A stretch of DNA of 41,479 nt from Pseudomonadota bacterium (GCA_040387495.1 JAZKDQ010000011.1:1-41479); one strand, 5' to 3'. Shown: positions 9,239 through 19,744, counted from the stretch's first letter. The notes: generated by a model from the sequence alone, not told the origin. Made by a program: numbers and translations.

Positions 9239-10556
9239 GGGAGTGTTCATTAAACTGTGTCAGCGTCCTCATCTTAGCATTTTATCCCCAACCTATTTGG
9301 GAAGTAAATATCAAGTTGAGAAATGGTGAGTGCCCAGTTTTGCACAGGCATTGTCCATTTGTTTGTGATGTTCGTAATGGCACAGAACAGCAATTTGAAC
9401 AAGGCGTTCTCTGACGTAAAAGCGCCTTTGGTTTTGGTGTATTTACGCACCTGTCTATGGAAGCCTTCAATCGGATTCCTCGTGTAAATCAGACGCCTGA
9501 TATAAGGGGAATACTTGAAATAAGCGGTTAAATGCTCCCAATTGGCTTTCCATAATTTGAGCACAATTGGATATTTTCTCCCCCATTTTTGATCAAGTCT
9601 TTCCAAATTGTGTTCGGCCAAATCTAAGGTTTCAGCTTGATAGACGGTTTTAAGATCTTTCATGAATTCTTTTTGATTGCTTGATCCAACATGTTTCAAT
9701 GAATTACGAATCTGATGAACAACACACAACTGAATCTCTGTTTGAGGAAAGGCTGCATTCAACGCCTCAGGAAACCCTTTTAAGCCATCAATACAAGCAA
9801 TCAGAATATCAGAAACGCCTCTGGCCTTTAAGTCATTCAAAACTCCGAGCCAAAAGTGAGCCCCCTCCGACTCAGCCGCATAAAACCCAAGAATCTCCTT
9901 ATGGCCTGTTGTGGTGATTCCCATAATGTTGTAAATCACTTTTGTGACAACTTTGTTATCCTGCTTGGTTTTAAAGTACATGGCATCCAAAAATGCAATG
10001 GCATAAACAGACTCCAGCGGGCGACTGCGCCAGTCGGCAATCTGGGGAATTAATTTGTCGCTGATTGCTGAAATGGTTGCTGCAGAGACCTCAACACCAT
10101 ACAGATCCTGTAAATGTCCGGAAATGTCGCTGTAGCTTGTGCCTAAGCTATAAAGCGCAAGAATCTTCGAATCCAATTCGTCATTCAAGATCGTTTGGCG
10201 CTTTTTAACCAGCTGCGGCTCGAAGCTGCTATTGCGGTCACGTGGAACGTCCAGTTCAAAAGAAGCCGAAGCTGATCTTATCGTTTTAGAGCTCATCTAA
10301 TTGGGACGATTCGCCCCGGCTTCAAGGCTATTCTCGTTTAAATGAATGTCCATCTCAGGATCGAGTGATATCTGAATCAAATCTTTGGCCAGTCTTGCCA
10401 GCATACATACCTTTAATGATTTCGTGTAGAGCCTCGGGACTTAAGGAGGGTAAGTTTGTGATTTTCTTTTCCATTGAACTCATGTCAAATCTGCGTTTCA
10501 GGGATAACTCATTTTATCCCATTTTCGCTATTTGACACAGTTCAGTGAACAGTCTG
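9239..10556 (-). mobile_element. IS256-family insertion sequence, copy 2
   Basis: TIRs GGGAGTGTTCATTAAACTGTGTCA (9239-9262) and TGACACAGTTCAGTGAACAGTCTG (10533-10556). Confidence 0.92.
9274..10483 (-). pseudogene. IS256 transposase, inactivated at the 5' end
   Basis: Relative to copy 1 there is an in-frame TAG at 10297-10299 and a deletion of roughly 30-35 nt near 10393. The 340-aa ORF is the remainder. Confidence 0.85.
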
Positions 10557-10690
10557 GAAAAATAATTTTATAATATAACTAATGTTATTAGCTGATAATC
10601 TTCAATCAACCAGAATTAATATATAGTATAGAATTTTCCTATTTCTCCCTTGGAATATTCCCTAATTTTTTCTTAAAATATTTTCTAATT

Positions 10691-10706
10691 TTAACATCTC
10701 GTTAAC
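10691..10706. promoter_or_regulatory. CtrA-type box
   Basis: TTAA-CATCTCG-TTAAC, about 50 nt upstream of ATG 10755. Confidence 0.55.
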
Positions 10707-10754
10707 ATTTGAGACGTATTCTAATTACATAAAACCAGTGGAATTTTATGCTAA

Positions 10755-11546
10755 ATGTTGCGAATTGTTGGTGTTTTTCTTTATGTTATTGTGTGTGATT
10801 TATTGCCGCTATTAGCTAAGGCAAATTACACGCCAGTTGTTTCAGCCCCATCATATTTCTCAACCCAAGCTGAACATATTCCCACTAAAATTGATAGGCA
10901 AGCTGGGGAAAATAGCGAACTTGCAGCAATACCTGCTTTCTATAAAAGTGTGTCATCCACTAATAATTCTCAAATAGAATATATCGAAATTAATTCTGAT
11001 TATAATAAATTAGATGATAAAAATAAATATTTTATTGAAAATAAAGGAACAAATAGTCTTTTTTATTACAATGCTCCAATGAAAACAAAGGGCTTTTTAA
11101 CTCAACTTTTTATAGGGGGTCATTTCAGCGCGAAAATGAAAACGTTTAAAAATTCTGATATTCCTTTCTTAGCGCGTGGAAGCGGTGTAACAACTGAAGT
11201 TTCAACACAATCGACACACTTATCAGCATCATATTTCAAATTAAATTCGCAAAAAGTTGGGCAAAATAGCACGAAGATTGGACATCAGAAAAAAAAGCAA
11301 CCTCTTGCTAGTGATACGAAGCTTGCTTTAGCCATTCCTTTTTTTCCTCAATTGAAACTGTTTGGTGGGTATTCGTATAACAGAAGCAGTGAATCACGAC
11401 TTACAAAGGGACCAAGCTTTGGTTTTCAGGCGGATATATTTGATCATATAAAAGTTGATACAACATTTGTAAAGCAGACCGTTGGCAAAACCTCGGCAAA
11501 AGTATTATTTAGTCTTAGCATGCCGCTTGAACGGATCAAGTTTTAG
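10755..11546 (+). CDS. Exported protein, possibly a divergent inverse-autotransporter (invasin/intimin) beta-barrel
   Basis: Signal peptide ending AKA; amphipathic strands; LSASYF...SDTKLALAIPFFPQLKLFGGY...GPSFGFQ...LSMPL recalls the IAT_beta C-terminal half. Confidence 0.5.
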   Translation: MLRIVGVFLYVIVCDLLPLLAKANYTPVVSAPSYFSTQAEHIPTKIDRQAGENSELAAIPAFYKSVSSTNNSQIEYIEINSDYNKLDDKNKYFIENKGTNSLFYYNAPMKTKGFLTQLFIGGHFSAKMKTFKNSDIPFLARGSGVTTEVSTQSTHLSASYFKLNSQKVGQNSTKIGHQKKKQPLASDTKLALAIPFFPQLKLFGGYSYNRSSESRLTKGPSFGFQADIFDHIKVDTTFVKQTVGKTSAKVLFSLSMPLERIKF

Positions 11547-11628
11547 TTTGAAATAATATTTTGCAGCTCACAAGCGCCTTTTCCTTCGTAAAATTTAATA
11601 TTATGCTTTATAATTAGCATGCTTTATA

Positions 11629-11725
11629 CAAGCACTCATTCAGGATCTTGATATCCAAAGATAATTGTAATAAAAAGGTGTTTTCTTTTTTATGTCTTTT
11701 GATTTTAAGATGCTGAGTTTGCTTG
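11629..11725 (+). promoter_or_regulatory. Long imperfect stem-loop in the pnp leader (candidate RNase III site)
   Basis: Nested pairings CAAGCA/TGCTTG, CTCA/TGAG, ATCTTGA/TTAAGAT, AAAGATA/TGTCTTT, TAAAAAGG/TCTTTTTTA. Confidence 0.55.
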
Positions 11726-11768
11726 AATTTAGTAAGAATGTAGTCTTAATTAATGAAAAGAGAATTTA

Positions 11769-13907
11769 ATGTCAAATATGTTTAATATCCACCGTGAAGA
11801 ATTAACGTGGGCAGGACTTCCACTGGTACTTGAAACGGGTAAAGTGGCCCGTCAGGCAGATGGCGCAGTTATGGTCACTTATGGTGACACTACAGTTTTG
11901 TGTACCGTTGTTGCTGCAAAAAAGGCAAAGGTAAATGCAGATTTTTTCCCATTGAGTGTACATTACCTTGAAAAAACATTTGCGGTAGGACGTATCCCTG
12001 GTGGTTTTTACAAACGCGAAGGAAAACCTTCAGAAAAGGAAGTTCTAACATCACGTCTAATTGATCGTCCTCTTCGCCCATTGTTCCCAGAAGGTTTCCA
12101 CAATGAAGTACAAATTCTTTGTACAGTGATGAGCTACGATACAGATGCACATGCTGATATCGCTGCATTAATTGGCGCATCGGCAGCGCTTGCAATTGCT
12201 GGAGTCCCATTTTTAGGACCAGTTGCGGCTGCACGTATTGGTTATATCGATGGTCAATTCATTTTGAATCCAACATATGCCCAACTAAAAGAAAGTGCAC
12301 TTGATTTGGTTGTTGCCGGGACAAAAGAAGGTGTTTTGATGGTTGAATCTGAAGCAAAAGAGCTTTCAGAACAAACAATGCTGGAAGGTGTTGTTTTTGC
12401 TCATGATGCGTTTCAAGCTGTCATACAAATGATCGATCGCTTGAAAGCTAAGGCATCAAAAGTTGCATGGCCTGAAGCTGTTGAAAATCCATTTATGGTG
12501 AAAGTCCAAGAACGCGCGAATGATGTAATCGAGGGTGACCTGATAAAGGCATACTCGAATAAGTTAAAGCAAGATCGTTATGCTGCAATTGACTCAGCAA
12601 AGACTAGGCTTAAAGATGAATTAAAAGAAGAGTTCCCAGAACATGATGGGTTGATTGAAAATGCTTTTTCTATTCTTCAATCAAATATTTTACGTGGAAA
12701 TATTTTGAATAAATCAGAGCGTGTTGATGGGCGTTCATTGAGTGACATTCGTCCAATCGTTTGTGAAATTGGTATATTGCCAAGAACACATGGTAGTGCT
12801 TTATTTACACGTGGGGAAACACAGGCGCTTGTCGTAACAACACTTGGAACTGGTCAGGACGAGCAAATTATTGACTCGCTTGATGGTGAATATCGTGAAC
12901 GCTTCATGTTACACTATAATTTTCCATCTTATTCTGTTGGTGAAGTGGGGCGTGTATCCGGCCCTGGTCGCCGTGAAATTGGTCATGGGAAACTTGCATG
13001 GCGTGCAATGGCTCCAATGGTTCCAGAAAAAGCAAAGTTTCCATATACACTTCGTACAGTATCTGAAATAACTGAATGCAACGGTTCATCATCAATGGCT
13101 ACTGTTTGTGGTGCATCATTATCGATGATGGATGCAGGTGTGCCGCTTGAAAGAGCAGTTGCTGGTATTGCTATGGGCTTGATTAAAGAAAAGGAAAAGT
13201 TTGCTGTTTTATCTGATATTCTTGGCGATGAAGATTTCTTAGGCGATATGGACTTTAAAGTGGCAGGTACTGAATCAGGTATAACTGCTTTACAAATGGA
13301 TATTAAGATCACAAGCATTACACCAGAAATTATGAAAATTGCACTTGATCAAGCAAAACAAGGTCGTTTGCATATTCTTGGCGAAATGGCAAAAGCACTT
13401 ACAAATGCACGTCCATCAGTAAGTGAAAATGCACCACGTTTGACTACCTTCAGTATTAATCGTGAAAAAATTCGCGATGTTATTGGAGCTGGCGGTAAAG
13501 TCATTCGCGAAATTTGTGAAACAACTGGGGCTAAAATTGATATTCAAGATGATGGCACTGTAACAGTTGCTGCGCATAATCAAGAATCACTTGATAAAGC
13601 TGTAGCTACAATTATGTCAATTGCTGGTGATCCGGAAATTGGTGCAATTTACACCGGAACAGTTGTGAAAGTTGCTGAATTTGGTGCATTTGTGAATTTC
13701 ATGGGTGCAAAAGATGGATTAGTTCACGTAAGTGAATTAGCTGATAGACGTGTCGCAAAAGTTACTGATATTGTTAATGTTGGTGATGTTGTACAAGTTA
13801 AAGTTCTTGGCTTTGATGATCGTGGAAAAATTAAATTGAGCATGAAGGCTGTACCTGGATATAGCTCAGAAGCAGTTGTTGTCGTATTAGACGCTGTTGG
13901 TGCTTAA
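11769..13907 (+). CDS. pnp: Polyribonucleotide nucleotidyltransferase
   Basis: [48 protein letters not shown] and S1 domains. Confidence 0.98.
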   Translation: MSNMFNIHREELTWAGLPLVLETGKVARQADGAVMVTYGDTTVLCTVVAAKKAKVNADFFPLSVHYLEKTFAVGRIPGGFYKREGKPSEKEVLTSRLIDRPLRPLFPEGFHNEVQILCTVMSYDTDAHADIAALIGASAALAIAGVPFLGPVAAARIGYIDGQFILNPTYAQLKESALDLVVAGTKEGVLMVESEAKELSEQTMLEGVVFAHDAFQAVIQMIDRLKAKASKVAWPEAVENPFMVKVQERANDVIEGDLIKAYSNKLKQDRYAAIDSAKTRLKDELKEEFPEHDGLIENAFSILQSNILRGNILNKSERVDGRSLSDIRPIVCEIGILPRTHGSALFTRGETQALVVTTLGTGQDEQIIDSLDGEYRERFMLHYNFPSYSVGEVGRVSGPGRREIGHGKLAWRAMAPMVPEKAKFPYTLRTVSEITECNGSSSMATVCGASLSMMDAGVPLERAVAGIAMGLIKEKEKFAVLSDILGDEDFLGDMDFKVAGTESGITALQMDIKITSITPEIMKIALDQAKQGRLHILGEMAKALTNARPSVSENAPRLTTFSINREKIRDVIGAGGKVIREICETTGAKIDIQDDGTVTVAAHNQESLDKAVATIMSIAGDPEIGAIYTGTVVKVAEFGAFVNFMGAKDGLVHVSELADRRVAKVTDIVNVGDVVQVKVLGFDDRGKIKLSMKAVPGYSSEAVVVVLDAVGA

Positions 13908-13931
13908 TTCTTATTAAATGTTAATAATTTG

Positions 13932-13975
13932 AAAAAGGGAATGATGGAAATTAAAACCATTAATTCCTTTTTTTA
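13932..13975 (+). terminator. Rho-independent terminator after pnp
   Basis: AAAAAGGGAAT-GATGG...CCAT-TAATTCCTTTTTTT hairpin with T run. Confidence 0.6.
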
Positions 13976-14095
13976 TTGATCAAAAATTATTTATGTTTTT
14001 TCTGATTTTCCTCCTCACTAGTGCTTGCCAGTATTTCAAATTTCTCGTAAGGTGGTTTGATTTTAATTCAAATTTATCTTCGGGGAAGACTGTTC

Positions 14096-15532
14096 ATGTC
14101 ACTTGCAAAGGCACAAAGTACTGCATCAATTCAATCCGTTTTGTCATTTTTAAAAGAAAACGAAATTCAAATTGTTGATATTCGTTTTACAGATATGAAT
14201 GGTGTTTGGCATCATATGTCTTTTCCTGTCTCTCAAGTAGATGAGAGCTTCTTTGAAAATGGTTTTTGTATAGATGGATCTTCAATTAAGGGATGGTCAC
14301 CCATTAATGATTCAGACCTTCTTGTTGTGCCTGATGTTACAAAAAACAATCCTGTTCGCGTTGATCCCTTTGCAAGCGTAGCAACGGCGTTTCTTTTTGC
14401 AGATACGCGTACTGTACGTGATGGTGCTTTGTATAATAGGGACCCGCGCAACATAGCACGCAAAGCAGAAGAATTTCTGAGCAAACATTCAGCTGCTAAA
14501 ACAGCTTATTTTGGTCCAGAGCCAGAGTTCTTTGTTTTTGATTCCGTTGCTTATTCATCAGAAATGACCCGTTCATTTTATTATTTAGATTCTGATGAAT
14601 TTCCGCAACGTAATGCAATTGTTGATGCGAATAATCACGGGAGCCGACCAGCAGTCAAAGGTGGCTATTTTCCTGTACAACCTGTGGATGCATTGACTGA
14701 ATTTAGATCAGATGTTGTGCAAGCGTTAGGGTTGATGGGGCTTAATGTTGAGCGTCATCATCATGAAGTGGCTCCGGCGCAGCATGAAATTGGTTTTATG
14801 TACTCAACATTGGTTGATTGTGCTGATAATTTACAGATTTTTAAATACGGTGTTCGTAACGGCGCTCGTACATACGGAAAGACAGCTACATTTATGCCAA
14901 AGCCAATTTTTGGTGATAATGGTTCGGGTATGCACGTACATATGTCATTATGGAATGATAGTACAGCACTTTTTAAAGGTGATGCTTATGCTGGGCTATC
15001 TGAACTCGCTCTCTATGCAATTGGCGGTGTGTTGAAACATGCGAAAAGTCTGAATGCATTTTGTAACCCGACAACAAATAGTTATAAGCGTCTTGTGCCT
15101 GGATACGAAGCGCCTGTAATGTGTGCATACTCTGCAAGCAATCGTTCAGCAGCATGTCGCATTCCACACGTTGTTACACCCAATGCAAAGCGATTCGAAG
15201 TACGGTTTCCTGATCCAACAGCAAATGGCTACTTGTGTTTTTCAGCATTGTTAATGGCAGCAATTGATGGAATCGAAAATAAAATTCACCCAGGTGAAGC
15301 GCAAACTGCTGATTTATTTGAACACAAAGAAGTAGCAGAATCTCTACCATCAGTATGCGGTTCATTGACAGAAGCATTGAATGCGCTTGAAATTGACCAT
15401 GCTTATTTGTTAAAAGGCGCTGTTTTTGATAAAGACTTTATTGATACGTATATTGATCAAAAGAAAGCTGAAATTGATGATATTAATCTCCGCCCACATC
15501 CACAAGAATTTTCTCATTACTTTAATAGATAA
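14096..15532 (+). CDS. glnA: Glutamine synthetase type I
   Basis: DGSSIKGW, GPEPEFF, HHHEVA, ATFMPKPIFGDNGSGMH, NSYKRLVPGYEAP, EVRFPDP. ATG 14096 preferred over TTG 14057. Confidence 0.96.
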   Translation: MSLAKAQSTASIQSVLSFLKENEIQIVDIRFTDMNGVWHHMSFPVSQVDESFFENGFCIDGSSIKGWSPINDSDLLVVPDVTKNNPVRVDPFASVATAFLFADTRTVRDGALYNRDPRNIARKAEEFLSKHSAAKTAYFGPEPEFFVFDSVAYSSEMTRSFYYLDSDEFPQRNAIVDANNHGSRPAVKGGYFPVQPVDALTEFRSDVVQALGLMGLNVERHHHEVAPAQHEIGFMYSTLVDCADNLQIFKYGVRNGARTYGKTATFMPKPIFGDNGSGMHVHMSLWNDSTALFKGDAYAGLSELALYAIGGVLKHAKSLNAFCNPTTNSYKRLVPGYEAPVMCAYSASNRSAACRIPHVVTPNAKRFEVRFPDPTANGYLCFSALLMAAIDGIENKIHPGEAQTADLFEHKEVAESLPSVCGSLTEALNALEIDHAYLLKGAVFDKDFIDTYIDQKKAEIDDINLRPHPQEFSHYFNR

Positions 15533-15548
15533 TCGCTTGATAAATACT

Positions 15549-15605
15549 GAAATAGTATGCGCTAATTCTGCTGACTTTTAACAGACTAGTGCGTATACTA
15601 CTTTC
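15549..15605 (+). terminator. Stem-loop between glnA and tolB
   Basis: GAAA-TAGTAT-GCGC-TA...TA-GTGC-GT-ATACTA-C-TTTC imperfect inverted repeat. Confidence 0.4.
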
Positions 15606-15630
15606 TGATGACTTAAATTGAAACAATAGC

Positions 15631-16953
15631 ATGAAACCATTCGTTCTTCTTTTTCTGCTCCTTGCAATAGGATTTTCTTCCGTATACTCCGCTAAAGCGC
15701 CGGCAATTATAGAAATAACACGTGGTCAGGTTCAGCCTGACCCAGTTGCAATTGTTGATTTTTTGAATGCTACCGATAAAGATGCCTCAGCTGCGGGTGT
15801 AAATGTCTCGGACGTCATAACGAATGATCTTTATAATTGCGGGCTATTCGCACCGATTCCAAAAACAGATTTCGTACAACCTGCGAGAGATGTTCAAGCT
15901 AAAGGCGTTAATTTTGAGCAATGGCAAAAAACTAAAGCGCGTTTTATTGTAACCGGAAAAGTTGTTTTTGATTCAGGGTCAGCAATGACGATCGAATTTC
16001 GTTTATATGATGTGCTTGATAAAAAACAGATATTAGCAAAATCAGTAAGTGGTGATCGTAAAAAATGGAGGCGTCTTGCACATGCAGCAGCCGATTTAAT
16101 GTATTCACGCATTACAAATGAAGCTGGTTTTTTCAACACGCAAATAGTGTATTCAGAACCTGTTGTTAAAGGAAGAAAAAGTACAAAGCGTCTTATGCGT
16201 ATGGACTATGATGGTCATGGTGTTACCCCTATTACAGACTCAAAAAGCTTGTCGATGACACCAAGGTATTCGCCATCAGGGCAAGATATTGCGTACCTTA
16301 GAATTAAAAATAGTTCAGCTGAAGTTTTTCTTATAAATCTAAAAAATAATTATCAACAAAAACTTGGTACCTTTGAAGGGATGAGTTTTGCCCCCAGATT
16401 CTCACCGGATGTAAGTTCCATTGTTATGAGTTTAACAAAAGGTGGCAGCTCAGCAATTTACGCTATGAACCTTAAATCAAAAAAAATGACGCGCCTTACA
16501 GATCATGTGAGTATTGATACTTCACCTTGTTATTCACCTGACGGTACACAAATCGTTTTTACATCTGATCGTAGTGGCAGAGAGAAAATATATATAATGG
16601 ATACGATGGGCAAAGATGTGCGTCGCATTAGTTTTGGCGAGGGTAAGTATTCCCAGCCAGTTTGGTCACCACGCGGTGATTTGATTGCTTTTACCAAGCA
16701 AATATTTGGCGAAAATAAGTTATACATTGGTGTTATGGCGCCTGATGGAACCGGCGAACGCATGATTGCTGATGGCTGGTTAGTTGAAGCACCTTGCTGG
16801 TCAGCAAATGGTCGTTATTTGTTATTTGCAAAGCAAAATTCTGCACGGGATAAAAGTTCACTGTATATGGTGGATATGACAGGTTACAATCTAAGACCTA
16901 TTAATACGCCTAAAGAAGCTGAAGATGGGGCATGGTCGCCATTGTTGCAATAA
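15631..16953 (+). CDS. tolB: Tol-Pal system beta-propeller protein TolB
   Basis: Signal peptide, TolB_N (DLYNCGLF, RRLAHAAAD, GFFNTQIVY) and PD40 repeats (PRYSP, PRFSP, FTSDRSG, PVWSPRG). Confidence 0.93.
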   Translation: MKPFVLLFLLLAIGFSSVYSAKAPAIIEITRGQVQPDPVAIVDFLNATDKDASAAGVNVSDVITNDLYNCGLFAPIPKTDFVQPARDVQAKGVNFEQWQKTKARFIVTGKVVFDSGSAMTIEFRLYDVLDKKQILAKSVSGDRKKWRRLAHAAADLMYSRITNEAGFFNTQIVYSEPVVKGRKSTKRLMRMDYDGHGVTPITDSKSLSMTPRYSPSGQDIAYLRIKNSSAEVFLINLKNNYQQKLGTFEGMSFAPRFSPDVSSIVMSLTKGGSSAIYAMNLKSKKMTRLTDHVSIDTSPCYSPDGTQIVFTSDRSGREKIYIMDTMGKDVRRISFGEGKYSQPVWSPRGDLIAFTKQIFGENKLYIGVMAPDGTGERMIADGWLVEAPCWSANGRYLLFAKQNSARDKSSLYMVDMTGYNLRPINTPKEAEDGAWSPLLQ

Positions 16954-17082
16954 ATTTCTGAATTTAATTGCTGCACTTTTAATGCATCTTGTTTCCGCAA
17001 GCTAACCACATTTTAATTAGAATTGTATGACTTTTCAAAACTTATACCTTACAAATAAAATCTACAGGATTAAAAACTTTTT

Positions 17083-18141
17083 ATGAAATCTTACTATTCC
17101 TTAATTCAATTCATTTTTGTGTTTTGTGCAGCTGTTTTGCAGGTAGATGCAACACCCTCAAGTCAAAAAAGTGTGACTTCGCCAATTGCTGTAAAAGAAA
17201 ATAATTCTGCAATTGTTATGGTAAGCGCGGTGAATACACCTGAAAAAAATGATAAAGAAATATTTCGTCCAATTCCATTTCATGCAAAATATAAAATTGC
17301 GCTGGATAACGCATCCCATTTTGACGAAGGCATAGATAAAGTAAACGGAACTTTGGAAATGACCGTTATCGAAAAGGATAAAGACGATGTTCGTCTTTGG
17401 ACAACCGAACAAAAATCAACGTTATATATTTATTACAAGGGAAAAACCGTTGCTGATAAATATGAATTGATGATTGCTAGTTATGAATCAAAAAATGGTG
17501 AAAATTATGAATTTTATGTTCGTTCGATTGTGAATGATACTCAAGATGAAATTATTTTTAAAGGAGAGGCAAGGCTGCCTGAAGGTAAACAAGGTTACAT
17601 TCAACTCAAGCAAAATGGAGCTGAAGAAGAGGAATCAAAACTAGTTGTTTTGCCTGCAGGGACCTTATTTCCATTAAAACATATGCATATGCTTATTGAA
17701 GAAGCATTAAAAGGAAACACGACTGTTGGGCAGAAGAAAGTATTTGATGGTTCGAGTGATGCACAAGAAGTTGTTGAAGTAGATGCTTATATAACGCCAA
17801 AAAATAATTACAAAATGAATGTAAGCACTGATTCAAAGACAACAGATTCGGCGGAAATTGAGCTTGCACAGCGGCTTAAGAATGCAAAGGCATGGCAAGT
17901 TAAAGTTAATGTATTCACACTTGGCAGCCGTGATGACTCAGATCCTGAATATACCTATAACCAAACGGTAAATAGTTTGGGAATTCCTGTATCAATGAAA
18001 ATCACTCATTCAGATCCTGAATTCACTGTCGATATTGTTATGACAGATTTTAGCAAGACTCCATTGTCAAATGGTTCGTTATTCAACAATATATCTGACT
18101 CACCAGTAGTTAAATCGAATTCAGCTGCTGCTGCAGCGTAA
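17083..18141 (+). CDS. eipB: EipB/DUF1849-family cell-envelope protein
   Basis: Signal peptide, HAKYKIAL, LPAGTLFPLKH, VFDGS. Confidence 0.75.
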   Translation: MKSYYSLIQFIFVFCAAVLQVDATPSSQKSVTSPIAVKENNSAIVMVSAVNTPEKNDKEIFRPIPFHAKYKIALDNASHFDEGIDKVNGTLEMTVIEKDKDDVRLWTTEQKSTLYIYYKGKTVADKYELMIASYESKNGENYEFYVRSIVNDTQDEIIFKGEARLPEGKQGYIQLKQNGAEEEESKLVVLPAGTLFPLKHMHMLIEEALKGNTTVGQKKVFDGSSDAQEVVEVDAYITPKNNYKMNVSTDSKTTDSAEIELAQRLKNAKAWQVKVNVFTLGSRDDSDPEYTYNQTVNSLGIPVSMKITHSDPEFTVDIVMTDFSKTPLSNGSLFNNISDSPVVKSNSAAAAA

Positions 18142-18163
18142 AAAAAAAAAGGATTGTATTTTT

Positions 18164-19657
18164 ATGACAGCCGCTTATATCACGACACCAATTTATTATG
18201 TAAATGATAAGCCACATATCGGGCATGCCTACACAACGCTAACATGTGATACTTTAGCTCGTTTTTGGCGTCTTCAAGGAAAAGATGTAAAATTTTTGAC
18301 TGGTACGGATGAGCATGGTCAAAAAGTTGAAAAGGCTGCTGCTGCTGCGAATGTAACTCCTCAAAACTTTGTAGACACGGTATCACAAACATTTCGTCAT
18401 TTGATTGAAAAGATGGACGTTACCAATGACGATTTTATCCGTACGACAGAACCACGTCACATTAAGGCAGCGCAAGCACTTTGGACACGTTTAATTAATA
18501 ACGGTGCTATATACCTAGGTGAATATGCGGGTTGGTATGCAGTTCGTGATGAAGCTTTTTATGCAGAATCAGAAATTGTTAATGGTAAAGCGCCGACAGG
18601 TGCAGATGTTGAATGGCTTGTTGAACCAAGCTATTTTTTTAAGCTTTCCGCGTATCAAGGGCAATTGTTAGCATACTATAAAGCGCATCCTGATTTTATT
18701 GCACCAGATGCACGTAAAAATGAAGTGCTCCGTTTTGTAGAAGGTGGGTTGCATGATTTTGCGGTTTCCCGTACAAGCTTTACATGGGGCGTGCCTGTTC
18801 CCGGTGATGACAAGCACATTATGTATGTTTGGTTAGATGCATTAACAAATTATATGACGGCGCTTGGTTATCCAGATGAGTCCACTCCAGATTTTAAAAC
18901 CTTTTGGCCAACAGCAGTTCATGTTGTTGGAAAAGATATCTTACGGTTTCATGCAGTATTTTGGCCTGCATTTTTAATGGCTGCTGGTTTACCTTTGCCG
19001 CGCCAGGTGTTTGCACACGGGTGGTGGACAAACGAAGGGGTTAAAATATCAAAATCTTTAGGGAACACAATTGATCCAATAGAATTGATTGATACTTTCG
19101 GTATTGATGCTGTGCGTTATTTCTTGTTGCGTGAAGTATCCTTTGGACAAGACGGTGATTTTTCACGTCAAGCTTTAATTAATCGTTTAAATAGTGATTT
19201 AGCGAATGCATACGGAAATCTTGTACAACGCGTTTTATCATTTATTTATAAAAACGGCGATGGTGTCGTGCCAACTCCAAGCAATTTGACAGCAGAAGAT
19301 TCTGTTTTCTTAAATTTACCAAAGCAATTTTCGCCAACGATTGATGAGATGCAGCTTAATCGTTATGCAGAAGGTGTTTGGTTATTGATAGCAAGAGCCA
19401 ATCAGTATGTTGATGAACATAAGCCATGGGGACTTAAAAAAACAGATCCTGACCGTATGAAAACAGTTTTATACGTCCTCGCTGATTTCATTAGGCAAAT
19501 AGCAATCTTGACTCAGCCTTTGGTTCCACTTGCGAGTGCTAAAATTTTGAATCAGCTTGTTGTCTCTGAATCAAATCGTTTATTCTCTTGCTTGGATAAT
19601 GCATTGATTCCTGGTACTAAATTGCCAGAACCAATTGGTGTATTCCCGCGAGTTTAA
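18164..19657 (+). CDS. metG: Methionine-tRNA ligase (short form)
   Basis: YITTPIYYVN, HIGH, GTDEHG, YVWLDAL, GKDILRFH, KISKS. Confidence 0.97.
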   Translation: MTAAYITTPIYYVNDKPHIGHAYTTLTCDTLARFWRLQGKDVKFLTGTDEHGQKVEKAAAAANVTPQNFVDTVSQTFRHLIEKMDVTNDDFIRTTEPRHIKAAQALWTRLINNGAIYLGEYAGWYAVRDEAFYAESEIVNGKAPTGADVEWLVEPSYFFKLSAYQGQLLAYYKAHPDFIAPDARKNEVLRFVEGGLHDFAVSRTSFTWGVPVPGDDKHIMYVWLDALTNYMTALGYPDESTPDFKTFWPTAVHVVGKDILRFHAVFWPAFLMAAGLPLPRQVFAHGWWTNEGVKISKSLGNTIDPIELIDTFGIDAVRYFLLREVSFGQDGDFSRQALINRLNSDLANAYGNLVQRVLSFIYKNGDGVVPTPSNLTAEDSVFLNLPKQFSPTIDEMQLNRYAEGVWLLIARANQYVDEHKPWGLKKTDPDRMKTVLYVLADFIRQIAILTQPLVPLASAKILNQLVVSESNRLFSCLDNALIPGTKLPEPIGVFPRV

Positions 19658-19744
19658 TTATATTTCATTTTTCCTAATCGTTTTATTTTTCTTTCCTGAA
19701 AGCCAAAAATCATTATAATGATTACAAAGTAATTAAAATTTGTA

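Larger units (their letters stand above)
6860..10556. mobile_element. Probable IS256 composite transposon (two direct-orientation IS copies plus cargo)
   Basis: GAAAAATA occurs at 6852-6859 and 10557-10564, exactly abutting the outer terminal inverted repeats. The inner flanks do not match each other. Confidence 0.7.

Noticed and set aside
13908..14095. Sigma-54/NtrC promoter for glnA
   Set aside because: No correctly spaced GG-N10-GC element seen on the coding strand.
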